A DNA stretch of 64,000 nt from Octopus vulgaris (GCA_951406725.2 OX597830.1:46500001-46564000), one strand, 5' to 3'; positions 23,041 through 35,333 are shown, counted from the first letter of the stretch. Notes: generated by a model from the letters alone, not told the origin. Translations and numbers: made by a program.

Positions 23041-23269
23041 ATTTCTTTACTACCCACAAGGGGCTAAACATAGAGGAGACAAACAAGGACAGACAAAGGG
23101 ATTAAGTCGATTACATCGACCCAGTGCGTAACTGGTACTTTATTTATCGACCCCGAGAGGATGAAAGACAAAGTCGACCTTTACGGAATTCGAACTCAGA
23201 AAGTAACGACAGACGAAATACCGCTAAGCTTTTCGCCCGGCGCGCTAACGTTTCTGCCAGCTCGCCACC
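23041..23269 (-). mobile_element. SINE family B, full length with TSD
   Basis: Reverse complement of 14667-14896; TSD ATAGACAAATATAT at 23027-23040 and 23274-23287. Confidence 0.93.
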
Positions 23270-25602
23270 TCAAATAGACAAATATATTGATATGCATACA
23301 TATGATGATCACACACAAACTATAAGATATACATGTATAAACAGTGAGAGAGAGAGAGGAAATATGATGGAAATGAAAAGGCTTTAAAACAAGCAACAAC
23401 AAACTGTGTAGTGTGTGTGTGTGTATGCAACTGGTATTACTCAATCACCAACAAAGAGTGAGAAAATAGAGACGTTATGTAGATGATGGGGAGACTGGTG
23501 ATTAGTCATAGCTTAGGAGTTGTTTGGTAGGAAATCGAAGATTTCATCTCTTCGCTTCCCATTTGAAATATGATCTAAAAACCTGCCAACAGATGAATCA
23601 TTTTAAAAATAAAATCCTAAAGTGTTTTTTTTATTTTAAGATACACAATTGATTTTTTTTTTCTTCTTTTTTTGCAGTTGTTTGAAACGGCATTAAGAAG
23701 AATCTGTATCTCTGAATCTCTCCATCTCATTGTAAATAAATATTTTTTTGAAGCTGACGACTCGCTTTGCCACTGCTTCAATTTTCCCGCTTGTACAGCC
23801 GCAACAGCAGATGAGAAAATCAAGACAGCAGCAGAGTGAGTAAATGATGTAAACTCTGGCTCATTGTTTAAAGTATTTCTGTACAGACATAAATTTATCG
23901 AAACATAAACAGAAGGCACAGCCGTGCTGCCTCACAAAGTCTCACTCCACCCATGCCAGCATGGAAAAAAAAAGAAAGAAAAACAGACACTGAACAAACT
24001 AACAAGCCAGACGGTATGGAAACAGATGAGATGAGGAAAATAATCATAAAATGGCAGCAGAAAGGAGAAATTTATCTAAAGTTTGTAACCAAGACAGAAA
24101 GGACAGACTTTAAAGAATTTGTGAAGAAACATGGAATCAAAATGGATGGTATTCTTCCAAGAAAAGCAACACTAAAACCACACAGCAAAAACAGAAAATA
24201 GAACAATTGTTAAGAAAAGAAACATACACAATCAATGGCATCAACAAGTCCAAAAGATAACATGATTGTTACCTGTCTGCAATCCAGGTTCAAGAAGTAT
24301 AAAACAGGCAGGTAGTGGACAAACATGAAATGATAACACAGGCAGAATCGGCAGAATTAATACTAATAACAATAGCTACAAAATTATGGTAAAGTGTGAA
24401 AGAACATCAACTTCTGTCTCCAGACGATATTTCAGTTTATAGAACAAGTGGGTTTTTTTTCCTACAGAAAAAGCACTGAAATGTAACAACTTCTGGCTAA
24501 AATATTTGACACATTCCATCTACTTGCAATAAGCACCATAAGTAGGTACAAGCCATAGTTGTAAACAATATATAATGACTTTTCAGCTTTTATAGTGTTG
24601 AATTTGTTGTGTTGTACGAGTGTGAACCGTGACAGGGGCACTTTGCTGTAGCTTTGTTTTACAATTCAATCAAAGGAGACCTGATAGAAATTACTGTTGT
24701 AAGAGACATGAGAGGGGCCACCGGTGGATCAAATGAGACACAATATAGGTGACCACTATGCTGAAATGGACACAACACAGATATAACCCATCTGGACAGG
24801 ACACAAATTACCATTATGTGAAACTGAATGAAAATTACTGGAACTATGTTGAAAGAGACACGGCATAAATGAAATTAGAAGGAAATCAAGAAGAAAAAAA
24901 AGAAACCCATAATCAGCAAAGATGACAAGGAAGCCCCAACAAAGTCACTCAAATGGCTAGAGACAGCAGCCAAATTCCTTGAAGTCACATCTTACTGTCT
25001 TTAAAGAAGATAACCTAGAATGCTCAGAAGTCTGCTCAGTCAAGATTATCCAGGAGCTAAACCATCTCAAAGACTATGACGAGCCTAAAAAAGCAACAGT
25101 AATCTTTGAACTTAAAAACCAGAAATAAACAGAAGCACAATCAGCGCCTGAATCTTGTTATCTGCTCTGCTGTGGAAATCAGCCGAGTCTGCTATCAGCA
25201 TTATCAAAACGGTTTATGGACCACTTAAGAGTTTACAGTACTTATAGCCGAAATTACATATTTGGTTTTATTTCCTTGTCATTATTTGAGCAACAGGTCA
25301 TGTACAAACAAACACAGTTGAATGTAGGTTGAAAGACAGGAGAGACAGACAAAAGCAGACAGACAGACAGTGTGCTTGCATGTGTTTGAGGGCAGAAGAG
25401 AGAGAGAAAGGGCGATTTTATAATGAGTACCACAGCAGGGTCAATAAATTAGAGGCAAAACTTTTATGAGGTTTAAAGAGTGGATTTGGGGAGAAAGAGC
25501 AATTGGGAAACTCCACACATTTTTCTTGCTACTGGTCTAACTTTCCCACAAACAGATAATCCATTAGTAACCAGGAACACTTATGAATACAGTAGAAGTA
25601 TG

Positions 25603-25636
<34 letters not shown>

Positions 25637-25682
25637 TACACACAAGAAACTACAATAAACTTGTTCATATACTTACAAACAG

Positions 25683-25714
<32 letters not shown>

Positions 25715-26297
25715 TCTGACACAATGTTGGTCTTTACTTTTTTTTTTTTATTCATTATCTGTAATATTATCTGATTAAAAGAAAGTGAGTGGCCGAAAGA
25801 AAAAGAATGGAAAAAAGTGGTACATTAGATATATTTAGGACAGTAAAGAATATATTCCTGTACAGGACAGACTTGTCAAGGACATGGCATTTCTTTCTAA
25901 TTCTGCTACCATGATAAAATGTACCGTGTTAGAAAGGGCATCCAGCTATAGAAACCCTGCCAAAACTTGCTGCTTCAATAACGATATGGTCCTCCAGCCC
26001 TTCTAGAAGAAATAACCCATATCCGATCCATACCAGCAGGGAAAGCAGAAATGAAGCAACAATGACGAGAGAGAGAGAGAGCATGTGTGTGTGTGTAGGT
26101 GGGGGGGGGGGGGGGCTTAGCCATATCATTAAGAATTTCACTTCAAGGGCCACATTGGCTCAAGATTCAATACTTTGTGGATGCTGTTGGCTGGTTTCAT
26201 CTATTACATCTGCAGCTTGACTCACACCTTGGGAGTGAAACTGGTAAGTGTATACATGTATGTGATTATTTGTGCGTGTGGTTTTATATATAAATAT

Positions 26298-26645
26298 ATG
26301 GTAAAGACCCCCTTTAGTCATGAATGACCATGAGATTGCACCTAGAAAGTTCCCCTCCGAGGCACATGTCCAGGTAAGATTGTTTCATGGAAGACTAGCA
26401 GGTGCCCATGCATACCAGCCTCCCCTCACTCTACACATCACCGATGTCGTCCAAGGGAGAGCCAAAGGCTCATACAACTTGGCACCAGCAATGTTGCAAC
26501 TCATTTCTACAGCTGGCGGGACTGTAGCAACGTGAAAATAAAGTGTCTTGCTCAAGAACACAACACACAGCCCTGTCCAGGAATCAAACTCACTACCTCA
26601 TGGCTGTGAGCCTGATACTCTAACCACTGAGCCATGTGTCTTCAC
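26298..26645 (-). mobile_element. tRNA-derived SINE (family C) with CORE-like segment
   Basis: Minus strand: TGGCTCAGTGGTTAGAG A-box, GAGTTTGATTCC B-box, tgtgttcttgagcaagacacttt, distinct 3' tail. Confidence 0.8.
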
Positions 26646-26824
26646 TGAGTGCAAAATGGATATTTTGGCGATTGCTGACTGAAGTGTTTCCCTTTCACTT
26701 TTCACTGAACGACGAAAATTAAAGAGAAGCACTAAACTCAAAAAAGTGTCCTCATTTTCAATAGGTTGTGGAAACAATAACTGAATTTCAACAAACCAAT
26801 GGCGGTTCTATTCAGTAATTCATC

Positions 26825-27015
26825 CTGCAAAAAATAGCAACCAAATCTCTCTCAAATCACACCCTACCTATTGACTAAAAGATAATTAAAAAATGGAAAA
26901 ATACATTAGAAAATGAAATCTTAAAACACACAAGATCAATAAAAGATGGAATGGTCACGGCTGGGACGTTTTTGATTATAAGTGTGTCCGATCAGAGATG
27001 ACCTGGAGCTAAACC
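26825..27015 (+). repeat. Dispersed repeat (agaaatagcagccaaatct..gatggtcatggctggaa..gacctggggctaaac)
   Basis: Diverged copies at about 24950-25070, 47900-48025, 51010-51265 and 60320-60530 (+), and 13085-13150, 50385-50530 and 56500-56620 (-). Confidence 0.65.
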
Positions 27016-27341
27016 ACTCATGAAACCTTTCTAAGCATGTGCTCAACCTACAAGAAACAACAGTCGAATCTCCCTCAAACCACACACAACTATGTTAAAT
27101 GAAGAATACACTGAAGGGTAGAGTGATGGAGAAATCCATGGGATTTTTTTCTCTACTTTCACTTTCGTTGCTGCACAGCAAAGATGAATATTTTTAACTC
27201 CCTGAGGATGGTTCTTTGGTTGAAAATGTGAAAATGTGTTGTTAATAGCAATCATTGAGTTCTTTTCTATCTTCTCTTTGGGGTACAATTTTTATATTTT
27301 CACTTGCAAAACAACAATAACGATTTCTAAACGACCCGATA

Positions 27342-27750
27342 GGCGCAGGAGTGGCTGTGTGGTAAGTAGCTTGCTAACCAACCACATGGTTCCGGGTTCA
27401 GTCCCACTGCGTGGCATCTTGGGTAAGTGTCTTCTGCTATAGCCCCGGGTCGACCAATGCCTTGTGAGTGGATTTAGTAGACGGAAACTGAAAAAATCCT
27501 GTCGTATATATGTATGTGTGTGTGTGTGTGTGTGTGTTTATGTGTGTTTGTCCCCCTAGCATTGCTTGACAACCGATGCTGGTGTGTTTACGTCCCCGTG
27601 ACTTAGCGGTTCGACAAAAGAGACCGATAGAATAAGTACTGGGCTTACAAAGAATAAGTCCCGGGGTTGATTTGCTCGACTAAAGGCGGTGCTCCAGCAT
27701 GGCCGCAGTCAAATGACTGAAACAAGTAAAAGAAAAAAGAATAAAAGAAT
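27342..27750 (+). mobile_element. SINE family A, full length, CpGs retained
   Basis: GGCGCAGGAGTGGCTGTGTGGTAAG..GGTTCAGTCCC..(TG)n..GGCGGTGCTCCAGCATGGCCGCAGTC..A-rich tail. Confidence 0.95.
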
Positions 27751-27896
27751 AGATACACTCAGCCTCCCCAGACAATTCAAACTGAATCATTTAATTCAGC
27801 GCATTGAACTTGTATCTTAATTGGAAACCAAAATATTAACAAAAGAAATCTTCTTCGTATGTGTGAAAGAGAGGGGAAAAGTGTGTGTGTGTGTGT

Positions 27897-27934
<38 letters not shown>

Positions 27935-27939
27935 AATGA

Positions 27940-28940
27940 TTTTTTTTTTCGCCGGCCATCAGATATTGTGAAAGTAGAAAAGACAGAATGGTGCCACTGG
28001 AGAAAATCGGGACGACTGGGGCCTAAATATAATAAAAACAGAATTTCGCGTTATGTAATTATTTTTTTCGTACATCGAATCTAAAAATTATAAAGAATTT
28101 AACCACACAGTTACCAAGACAGCAACTTCTAAACATTGAGATTGTTGTTGTTCGCTGCAATAAATATGAAACGTTAAATCTTTTCTCCGCTGCACAAAAT
28201 AACCGTTATTTTGATTCTGACGTTGTAGGCCCACACGTTTTCCGACATTGTTTTCGTTTATAGCACTTGGGTAAAAAATTAACAAACGTATTCAGGTATC
28301 TCGAGTGTGGTGAACAAGAAAAATAAACGCGTGTGTGTGGACGAATGCACCACTTCGTGACCCTTTTTTCTGTGTATTTTAGTGGCAATCAATAAGTGTA
28401 TCAGCGTAAGCATGTGTGTAGTTAATGAGTTTAGTATTTCAGTGGCAAACAATAAGCGTGTGCAGCTTTTTTTGTTGTTTTTTTTTTATTTAGTGCGTGC
28501 AATGGTACTTTAATATTAATCAATAAACTGTGTGTGTGTGTGAGAGTGTATGTATGTGAAAGGGAAGGTGTATGTGCGTGTGTGTGCGTGAGGAAGAGAG
28601 AGAGAGAGAGAGTAAGAGCTAGTAAGTAGGTATACGGAACTTTACTGGTAATCGATAAGTTCCTATGTGAGTGCGTGTCTGCGTGTGTGGTTCTGAACGA
28701 AATGTGAAGGAGTGGAGGAGAGAGAGAAGTAGAGAGAGAGAGAGTAGTAGGGAGAGAGGGGGGAAGAGAGAGAGGGGAGAGAGAGAGAGAGCTTCTTAAC
28801 GGTGACTGCTAGTCTCAGTTGAGCACATGCTCTGCCAGGTCGCCGCCGCCGCCGCCGCTGCCCCGCAAAGCTTAAAACCAACGAAACTACATTTGCGAGC
28901 GACGGGGTAGGAACTAAGATAATGGCTGCTGAAGTGGAGG
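27940..28940. promoter_or_regulatory. CpG-rich promoter-like island
   Basis: TE-free, CpG retained, (GCC)n at about 28840-28858, ACTACATTTGCGAG (ZNF143/THAP11-like) at 28886, AAGATAATGGCTGC (YY1-like) at about 28916, palindrome GAGCACATGCTC. Confidence 0.55.
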
Positions 28941-29290
28941 GAAGGGCATGTGCAGCAGACTTGATGCAGGAGAGGGGGGGAAAAGGAAGTGTAGATGTAG
29001 AAGGGAGAGTGAAAAGATAAGAGCAGCAGCAGGAGAGAGGGAGAGTGAAAAGCACATATGTAGGGGGGGAGTGAGAGGAGAGAGAGAGAGAGAGTGAAAG
29101 TGAGTCAGAGACGACATGAGTGTGAAAGAAGAAGAGTACGAATGAATGGGTGAGGCTGTTGGGAGAGGCATTGGATAGCGAAAGTACGGTGGCGTATTGA
29201 GGGCGAGGATTAGGAAGAGATAGGGTGATGGAGAGGAGGGAGAAGAGTGATGTGAGAGAGAGAGAGAGAAGCAGAAGGAAATCAGTGTTG
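28940..29290. repeat. GA-rich low-complexity tract
   Basis: Polypurine (GA)n-type sequence; explains spurious ORF 28663-29397. Confidence 0.8.
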
Positions 29291-29409
29291 GGACTGATCG
29301 GGCATTGTCGAATGGAGAAGAGGCGAGAGATGAGACGGCAAATGTCTAAGTTTTCTTCAAGAAGGAGCTGTGCCGGCAATGCTTGCAGTCCCTGCATGAC
29401 GTGTTGGAT

Positions 29410-29632
29410 CAGTGGTTTTCAACCATTTTTTTTTTTTTTTACCTATGCACCCCTTTGATTCCATTCAATGTTTGAAAAAAAAACCATCACATTTTTGTAA
29501 TTAAATATGATTAGGAACTGTATGAAAACATTGTTGATATTTTGTGTAAACCAGTTTACTGCACCCGATTTTTAACCACTAAATCTTATATGGTCCCTCA
29601 AGGGTCACATGGGCCCTGGCTGAGAACCACCG
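29410..29632 (+). mobile_element. hAT (Charlie-like) MITE
   Basis: TIR CAGTGGTTTTCAACCA / TGGCTGAGAACCACCG; 8-bp flanks TGTTGGAT and AGTTAGAT (6/8). Confidence 0.75.
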
Positions 29633-29759
29633 AGTTAGATCAACACAAATCATGTTCTTCTCAAAGCCAATGGGCTACAAGAGGGCTGCATGATGGTGAA
29701 GAATTCTAGAGAATTGATGTTCTAGGGGCGAAGGACTAGTCACAGTGAGACAGGGTGGT

Positions 29760-30530
29760 AATATGGATGGGGTGAAGAGATGAGTGAGTGAGTAACTGGG
29801 TGAAGATGGTTATAAGACCAGCTGACCACAACAAAAACTATTGTTGTAATGGTATAAAAAACAGAGAGAAGAGAGACTTTGTGTGCTCCAAGTTGGAATC
29901 TGTTGGTGAACACTAGCAAGTCACAGTTGACTAGCATTTCTTTGTTATCTACAATGCCAAGGTGTGCAGCACCACTATTTCAAAAAGTCATAACCGATGT
30001 TTCAGTGGTGCTGCTCTTTGAGAACAGTATTTAATTGTGAGTTTCACCTTAACTCAGCTTTGTAAAAAGTAGTATGGAAGTATCGGAGGTGGGCACGGGC
30101 TCTGAAGAGGAAGATCCTGTCTTTCAGACGCAACCTTTGCTATGCTGAAGAAGTACATTCAACAAGATTCTCAGTGGTGGTGAAGCATTGCATTTGTAGT
30201 GACCTTCAAGGCCCTACTTGCATGTTGTTCATGCTTATCTGGGGATGGTTCCATGCTTGTCAGTGCAATAATGCTAGCACAACACCAACTGGAGAAGGTT
30301 TTCCAAGGTCTCCCTACCCAGAAGTCAGTGCAAAGTGTTTAGGTTGCATGTAGACAATGCTTAGTGCAAAAGAAGTCAGGGACAAATAAAGAGTTTAATA
30401 GGATGTGGATGTCCATCTGGTCACTAACCCTTTACTGTGTTCAAGTAAAGGATCTCTAATTCCATGTCTTCAAAAGCACAGAGTCAGCAGACAATTTCTT
30501 GAGGGGCATAACAACAAACTTCACTATTTA
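29760..30530 (-). mobile_element. Very old CR1/Jockey-like LINE RT fragment
   Basis: Minus-strand remnants FLFRARAHL..FYKAELR..IKYCS; many stops. Confidence 0.45.
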
Positions 30531-30599
30531 TAGCTCAGCTCTTTTTCATATGAAGTGCACAATATGTAAACATTGGTATAGACACTTGCGTATGCACAT

Positions 30600-30927
30600 G
30601 CACATGTCTTCTGCTATAGCTTCAGGAACACCAAAGCCATGTAAGTGGATTTGGTAGATGGAAACTGAAAGAAGCCCATCATATGTGTGTATGTGTGTGT
30701 GTGTATTTATATCTGTTGGTCTTGACATTGTGTGATAGTCGTAGAGTATCACCATCTTGCAAGTGATGTCATTCGTATCCAGTTGCACATGGAAACATGT
30801 TCAGTCATGTGGTAATATTACCCTGCTTGGAAAGGGCATCCAGTCACACAAAAATCTGCTTCAACAGATTCTGTCTGACCCATGCAAGCATGGAAAAGGA
30901 CGCTAAAACAATGACAATGATGATGAT
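30600..30927 (+). mobile_element. SINE A-related body fused to an RTE-type tail
   Basis: gtcttctgctatagc..gtggatttggtaga..aaactgaaagaagccc..(TG)n, then aagggcatccag..cccatgcaagcatggaaaa..(GAT)n. Confidence 0.6.
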
Positions 30928-31659
30928 CTCACTGACATACAAGTAGTGTTGTTCATTTCCAATGTTTGATGAAATCGTGTCCGCTTATCATCACCATCAT
31001 CATCATCCTTTTAATGTCCATGTTTCATGTTGTTACGGGCTGGATGGCTCAACAGAATCTGACAGGCCCAAAGACTGCATCATGCTCCAATGTTTGGTAT
31101 GGGTTTCTTTGTTACCTTCCCGAATGACAATAGTGTGTACTGGGCACTTTCATTTTCATATCACCAAAACAAGCAAGGATGTTGTGCAGCTCGCAAGATT
31201 AGATTCTATTCAACTAAGTGAAACTACATCAGAGCAGGCGGTTGCTTTCTGCTCAGAGATGAGCGAAGAAGCCGGAGCAGAACAGATTTCTGCTAGAGGG
31301 AGGCTGCTCAGCTGCTCACGTTTTAGAAGAGAAGGTGAAGAGGCATTTGTGTGAGACCTCAAAGTGTGAAGTGAGAAGAAGTGAATGGGGACAGAACTCG
31401 GATTGTGGGTGGCATATGGGAGAATAGGAGAAGGGGAATGGGTGATGGGGTGAATATGACAAGTGAAGAATAAATCTTCAATGGACGTAGGAGAGATAGG
31501 GAAGAGTAAGTGGCAACTATGAAAGTGGACAGGGTTGAGGGAAAGATGTAGTGAATGGTGGGAAAAGAATGAGAGGGGTGAGCAATGGTGCATGGGAGTA
31601 TAGTGTAGCATCACCTGGCAGAAAGCAAACCTTCCTCAGTACCATTCCACATTCACTTG

Positions 31660-31871
31660 AAAGGTTGTGTCTGGCAAGTTACTTGGTGACTTTGCTAGTG
31701 ATGGTACCATGGAGAAAGCACCCAGTACACTCTGTAAAGTGGTTGGTATTAGGAAGGGTACCCAAACAGACACTATGTCAAAGCAGAGAGCAGAGCTTGG
31801 CACGGTCTTCTAGTTTGCTGTCCAGTCAATCTATCCAACCCATACAAGCATGGACAACAGATGCTAAATGA
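31660..31871 (+). mobile_element. Older RTE 3' UTR fragment
   Basis: aagcacccagtacactctgtaaagtggttggtattaggaaggg..ccaacccat..gcatgga..gatgctaaatgat. Confidence 0.65.
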
Positions 31872-31979
31872 TATATATATATATGCATGTAAATATAAAT
31901 ATAGAATGGTGGTACAACAATGCACTAATATTTACTGGAAATAGCATTTGATATGCATATATATGTATGTGTATATATA

Positions 31980-33167
31980 TATCTGTCACAAACTGCGTGG
32001 TCTCGGCATAGGCGGAAAACTTGAAGAGTGGCTGCACAACTTCCTAAAAGATAGAAGGCAGGCAGTTGTGGCCAATGGAGCCACCTCCAAGGAAACACAA
32101 ATAACAAGCGGTGTTCCACAGGGCACTGTCTTGGGGCCACTGCTGTTCAAAGTGGCCCTTTCAGACATGCCCTCAATTGCTAAGATGGCCACCCTTGCTA
32201 GCTATGCTGATGACACAAAAGTCTCCCACACAATACAAAACCCTGTAAATATTGCACATCTGCAACAGGAGTTGGATACAATATACAGGTGGGCTGAGGA
32301 CAACATGCAGTTTAATGCAGGGAAGTTCCAGGCCCTGAGCTACCGGCACACAAAGGTAAACGACATGCAGACCGGATACACTGGCCCGGGAAGAATTGTA
32401 ATTCCTGAGTTAAAATCAGTGCACGACCTGGGCATTGACATGAGCAATGATGCATCTTTCCAAGTGCATATTACTAATTTGGTAATAAAATGCAGACGGC
32501 TAGCTGGATGGATTCTCCGAACTTCAGAACAAGAGAGAAGGAGACACTGGTGGTCCTTTGGAAGACATTCGTCCTCAGCCACTTGGACTACTGCTCCCAA
32601 CTATGGTTACCACACAATTTAAAGTTAACAGCAGAACTCGAAGCAATTCAACGAAGCTACACTAAGAAGATCATCTCAATGCAACATATAAGCTACTGGG
32701 AAAGACTAAAAGTATTAAAACTCTTCTCCCTGGAGCGAAGATGTGAGATATGCAGTGATATACATCTGGAAAATCCTGGAGGGTCTTGTCCCAAACTTTG
32801 GCATTCAAAGTTACCCCAACAGCAGAATGAGGCACCACTGCATGGTGCCAAAGATCCCAACATCACCATCAAAATACAGGACCAGATACTGCAACAGCTT
32901 GGGTTTCAGAGGACCACAGCTCTTCAATATCCTTCCTGAGAGACCTGCATGGTGTGGATTTCTTTAAAACTAAACTGGATCTCTTCTTGTCAGGGGTCCC
33001 AGATGAACCTACCTCTCGGCAGGAAACACAGATGCAGGCAGTGGCATCAAACTCCTTTGTTGATCAAGTACCACGTATGAGAGGTGGTTTCACATACTAG
33101 TGTAGCTCATTCAACGGTATGGCCACAGCCTTCGGGCTGAAACATTTTTAAGGATTTAAGGATTTAT
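31980..33167 (+). mobile_element. 5'-truncated CR1-group LINE (RT domain to 3' end)
   Basis: KLRGLGIGGKLEEWLHNFLKDRRQAV..SGVPQGTVLGPLLF..YADDTKV..NMQFNAGKF..DLGI; LSHLDYCSQLW..LEAIQR..YWERLK.LKLFSLERR; frameshifts; tail (TTTAAGGA)n. Confidence 0.93.
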
Positions 33168-33178
33168 GTATATATATA

Positions 33179-33230
33179 CTAGCAGAGATACCCAGCCATG
33201 CTCAGGATTAAAATGGCATAGATTTTTATT
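33179..33230 (-). mobile_element. Isolated Helitron-like 3' terminus
   Basis: Minus strand: imperfect hairpin followed by CTAG|T; similar to the terminus at 33538. Confidence 0.45.
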
Positions 33231-33231
33231 G

Positions 33232-33510
33232 TTTTACTTGTTTCAGTCATGTGACTGCAGCCATGCTGGAGCACTGCTGCTGGTCAAAGAAATCAACCAC
33301 AGGATTTATTCTTTGTAAGCCTAGTACTCATTCTGTCAGTGTCTTTTACCAAACTGCTAAGGTACGGGAATGTAAACACAGCAACATCAGTTGTCAAGCA
33401 ATGGTCGGGGTACAAACACAAGACACAAATACACATATATACGACAGTCTTCTTTCAGTTTCTAAGTACGAAATTCACTCACAAGGTTTTGGTTGGCCTG
33501 AGGCTACAAT
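33232..33510 (-). mobile_element. 3' part of a SINE A-related element
   Basis: ttttacttgtttcagtcat..gactgcagccatgctggagcac..ctttcagtttc..cactcacaagg. Confidence 0.8.
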
Positions 33511-33537
33511 AAGCATATATATGTATATATATATATA

Positions 33538-34388
33538 GTAGCTGATATACCCGGCAATACCTGGGAAGGTGGGGCTTATCCCTTGGTTCTGTTCTCATAA
33601 TTGTCTTGCTAATACAATAACAACAATACAAAGTATGTAGCCCTTAAAGCGGTTTCTGTGCATTTACAGAGAATACCGAACTCTCTTACAAAGGATCTTG
33701 TTTTTAGGAATTCCCACTAAGTTATGAATACCCAAATTGTGAAGTCACTTATGTAATAACAGGAAATTAATTACCCTATAGTAAGAATTCAAATAAAGTA
33801 GCCCCGAAAAGCACTTTAATATGTTCCCAGAGTATATAGATCTTGGGAGAAATACCAATAAAGTATGTATATTAAAATTGTGAAACGTTACATAATAAGA
33901 GGCTAATCAGATATGAGATAATAACAATTAAAAGTAAATAACTGTGAAAAAAGCTTTTGTGTGTTCCCAGAGAATATTACTCTCAGCAGCGCTTGTGTTG
34001 GTATATTCGTGAATAAGTCACTAACCGAAATAAGTGGATCTATTGTTTAGGAGAATACTATTTACTGGTTTAAGCCTTGTACTGGATAAATTGAGAAAAT
34101 AACTAAAATAGTTCAAATACTAAGAAATAAGCATACTGAAAATGGATAGGTTATTTCTCTTGGAAGCTTAAAAATAATTACTCCCACCGTTCACTCATGC
34201 CCAAATATATAGTATACCCAAACATTTTTCGCCGTTTACCCAAACATTTTTTCGAAATCAATTTATACTTAAAACCTCCCCAGACACAAGTAATGTGCAT
34301 GTGAAGTTTAAGAAAAATCAGTTGAGCCGTTTTGGCGCAAAACAAGGACACACCGATACACACACATTTTCAGTTTTAATATGTAAGA
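33538..34388 (-). mobile_element. Non-autonomous Helitron (Lep1/HINE-like) with internal diverged tandem repeats
   Basis: Minus strand starts A|TC at 34388; aaaatcagttgagccgttt block and (CA)n near the 5' end; hairpin cccggcaatacctggg and degenerate CTAC|T at 33538; three 140-160-bp units at 33600-34030. Confidence 0.6.
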
Positions 34389-34494
34389 TATATGTATATA
34401 TATATATATGTGTGTGTGTGTGTATATATGTGCGTGTGTATATATATATATATATATATATATGTACGCATGTGTATATATACGTATATGTGTG

Positions 34495-34525
<31 letters not shown>

Positions 34526-34647
34526 ATATATATAAATGTATATATATATATGCGTAAATATGTGTGTGTATATATACACACACACACACACACGTGTAAA
34601 TATGTGTATATATATATATATATACACACACACACATATATGTGTAA

Positions 34648-34715
<68 letters not shown>

Positions 34716-34730
34716 TTACATATATATGCA
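34389..34730. repeat. Compound (TA)n/(TG)n/(CA)n microsatellite with a higher-order gtaaatatgtgt unit
   Basis: Seen directly; source of five overlapping spurious ORFs. Confidence 0.95.
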
Positions 34731-35114
34731 CAGAGTTTTCCCCTAAAATTAAACATTATCAATCTCAAATTCATTATCATGAGTCTCAATCCATCCTCGT
34801 CAATCACAAGTAGAGTCATCAACTTTGTTATTGTCAACTTAAATGTCATCAACTCTCGGATGGCACTAATTTCTTTGAGAACAGACATTTATATCAGTGA
34901 CATCTTGTTGCAGAAATGTAACATTTTTGAAAAATGCATTGCAAGTTTTGTATAATACTATAAATTTCCACATTATTGTAAATATACATACACACCCTTT
35001 TAGTGCAGTAGATGCAAAACTACTTAACTACATTCTACACAATATATATACAACAATGACAAAAACAAAATCTGTTCAACCTTTTATTCATTATTCCTAT
35101 TTCATTAATCTTAA

Positions 35115-35333
35115 ACCCATTACCATTCTGTTTACTCTGTCAAAAGTAATACTTATTTATTCACATTGTTTTGAATCAATCATGTATTATCTCATAACTT
35201 AGAGATTTCAAGGATGTAATAATAATTCTACGGGGAAATTATAGGGTAGGTGAGAGAGGGTGGATCTGGCCAGTTTGACACCAAAACAAGTAGAATATTT
35301 GGACCTGATATGGCAGGCTTAAATGCTAAAGGA
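35115..35333 (-). mobile_element. piggyBac-type MITE (family of 3708-3927)
   Basis: TTAA at 35111-35114 and 35334-35337; reverse complement aligns with 3708 (gccatatc.ggtc.aaatattctac). Confidence 0.8.

Noticed and set aside
27342-27415. tRNA gene
   Set aside because: A/B boxes are present but it is the head of a SINE that continues into a family body and tail; no complete cloverleaf or terminator.
28663-29397. 244-aa ORF
   Set aside because: Translation of GA-rich low-complexity DNA (Leu/Ser/Pro-rich) with no domain.
34295-34955. Five overlapping 133-172-aa ORFs
   Set aside because: Stop-free microsatellite artefacts (YI/CV/HT runs).
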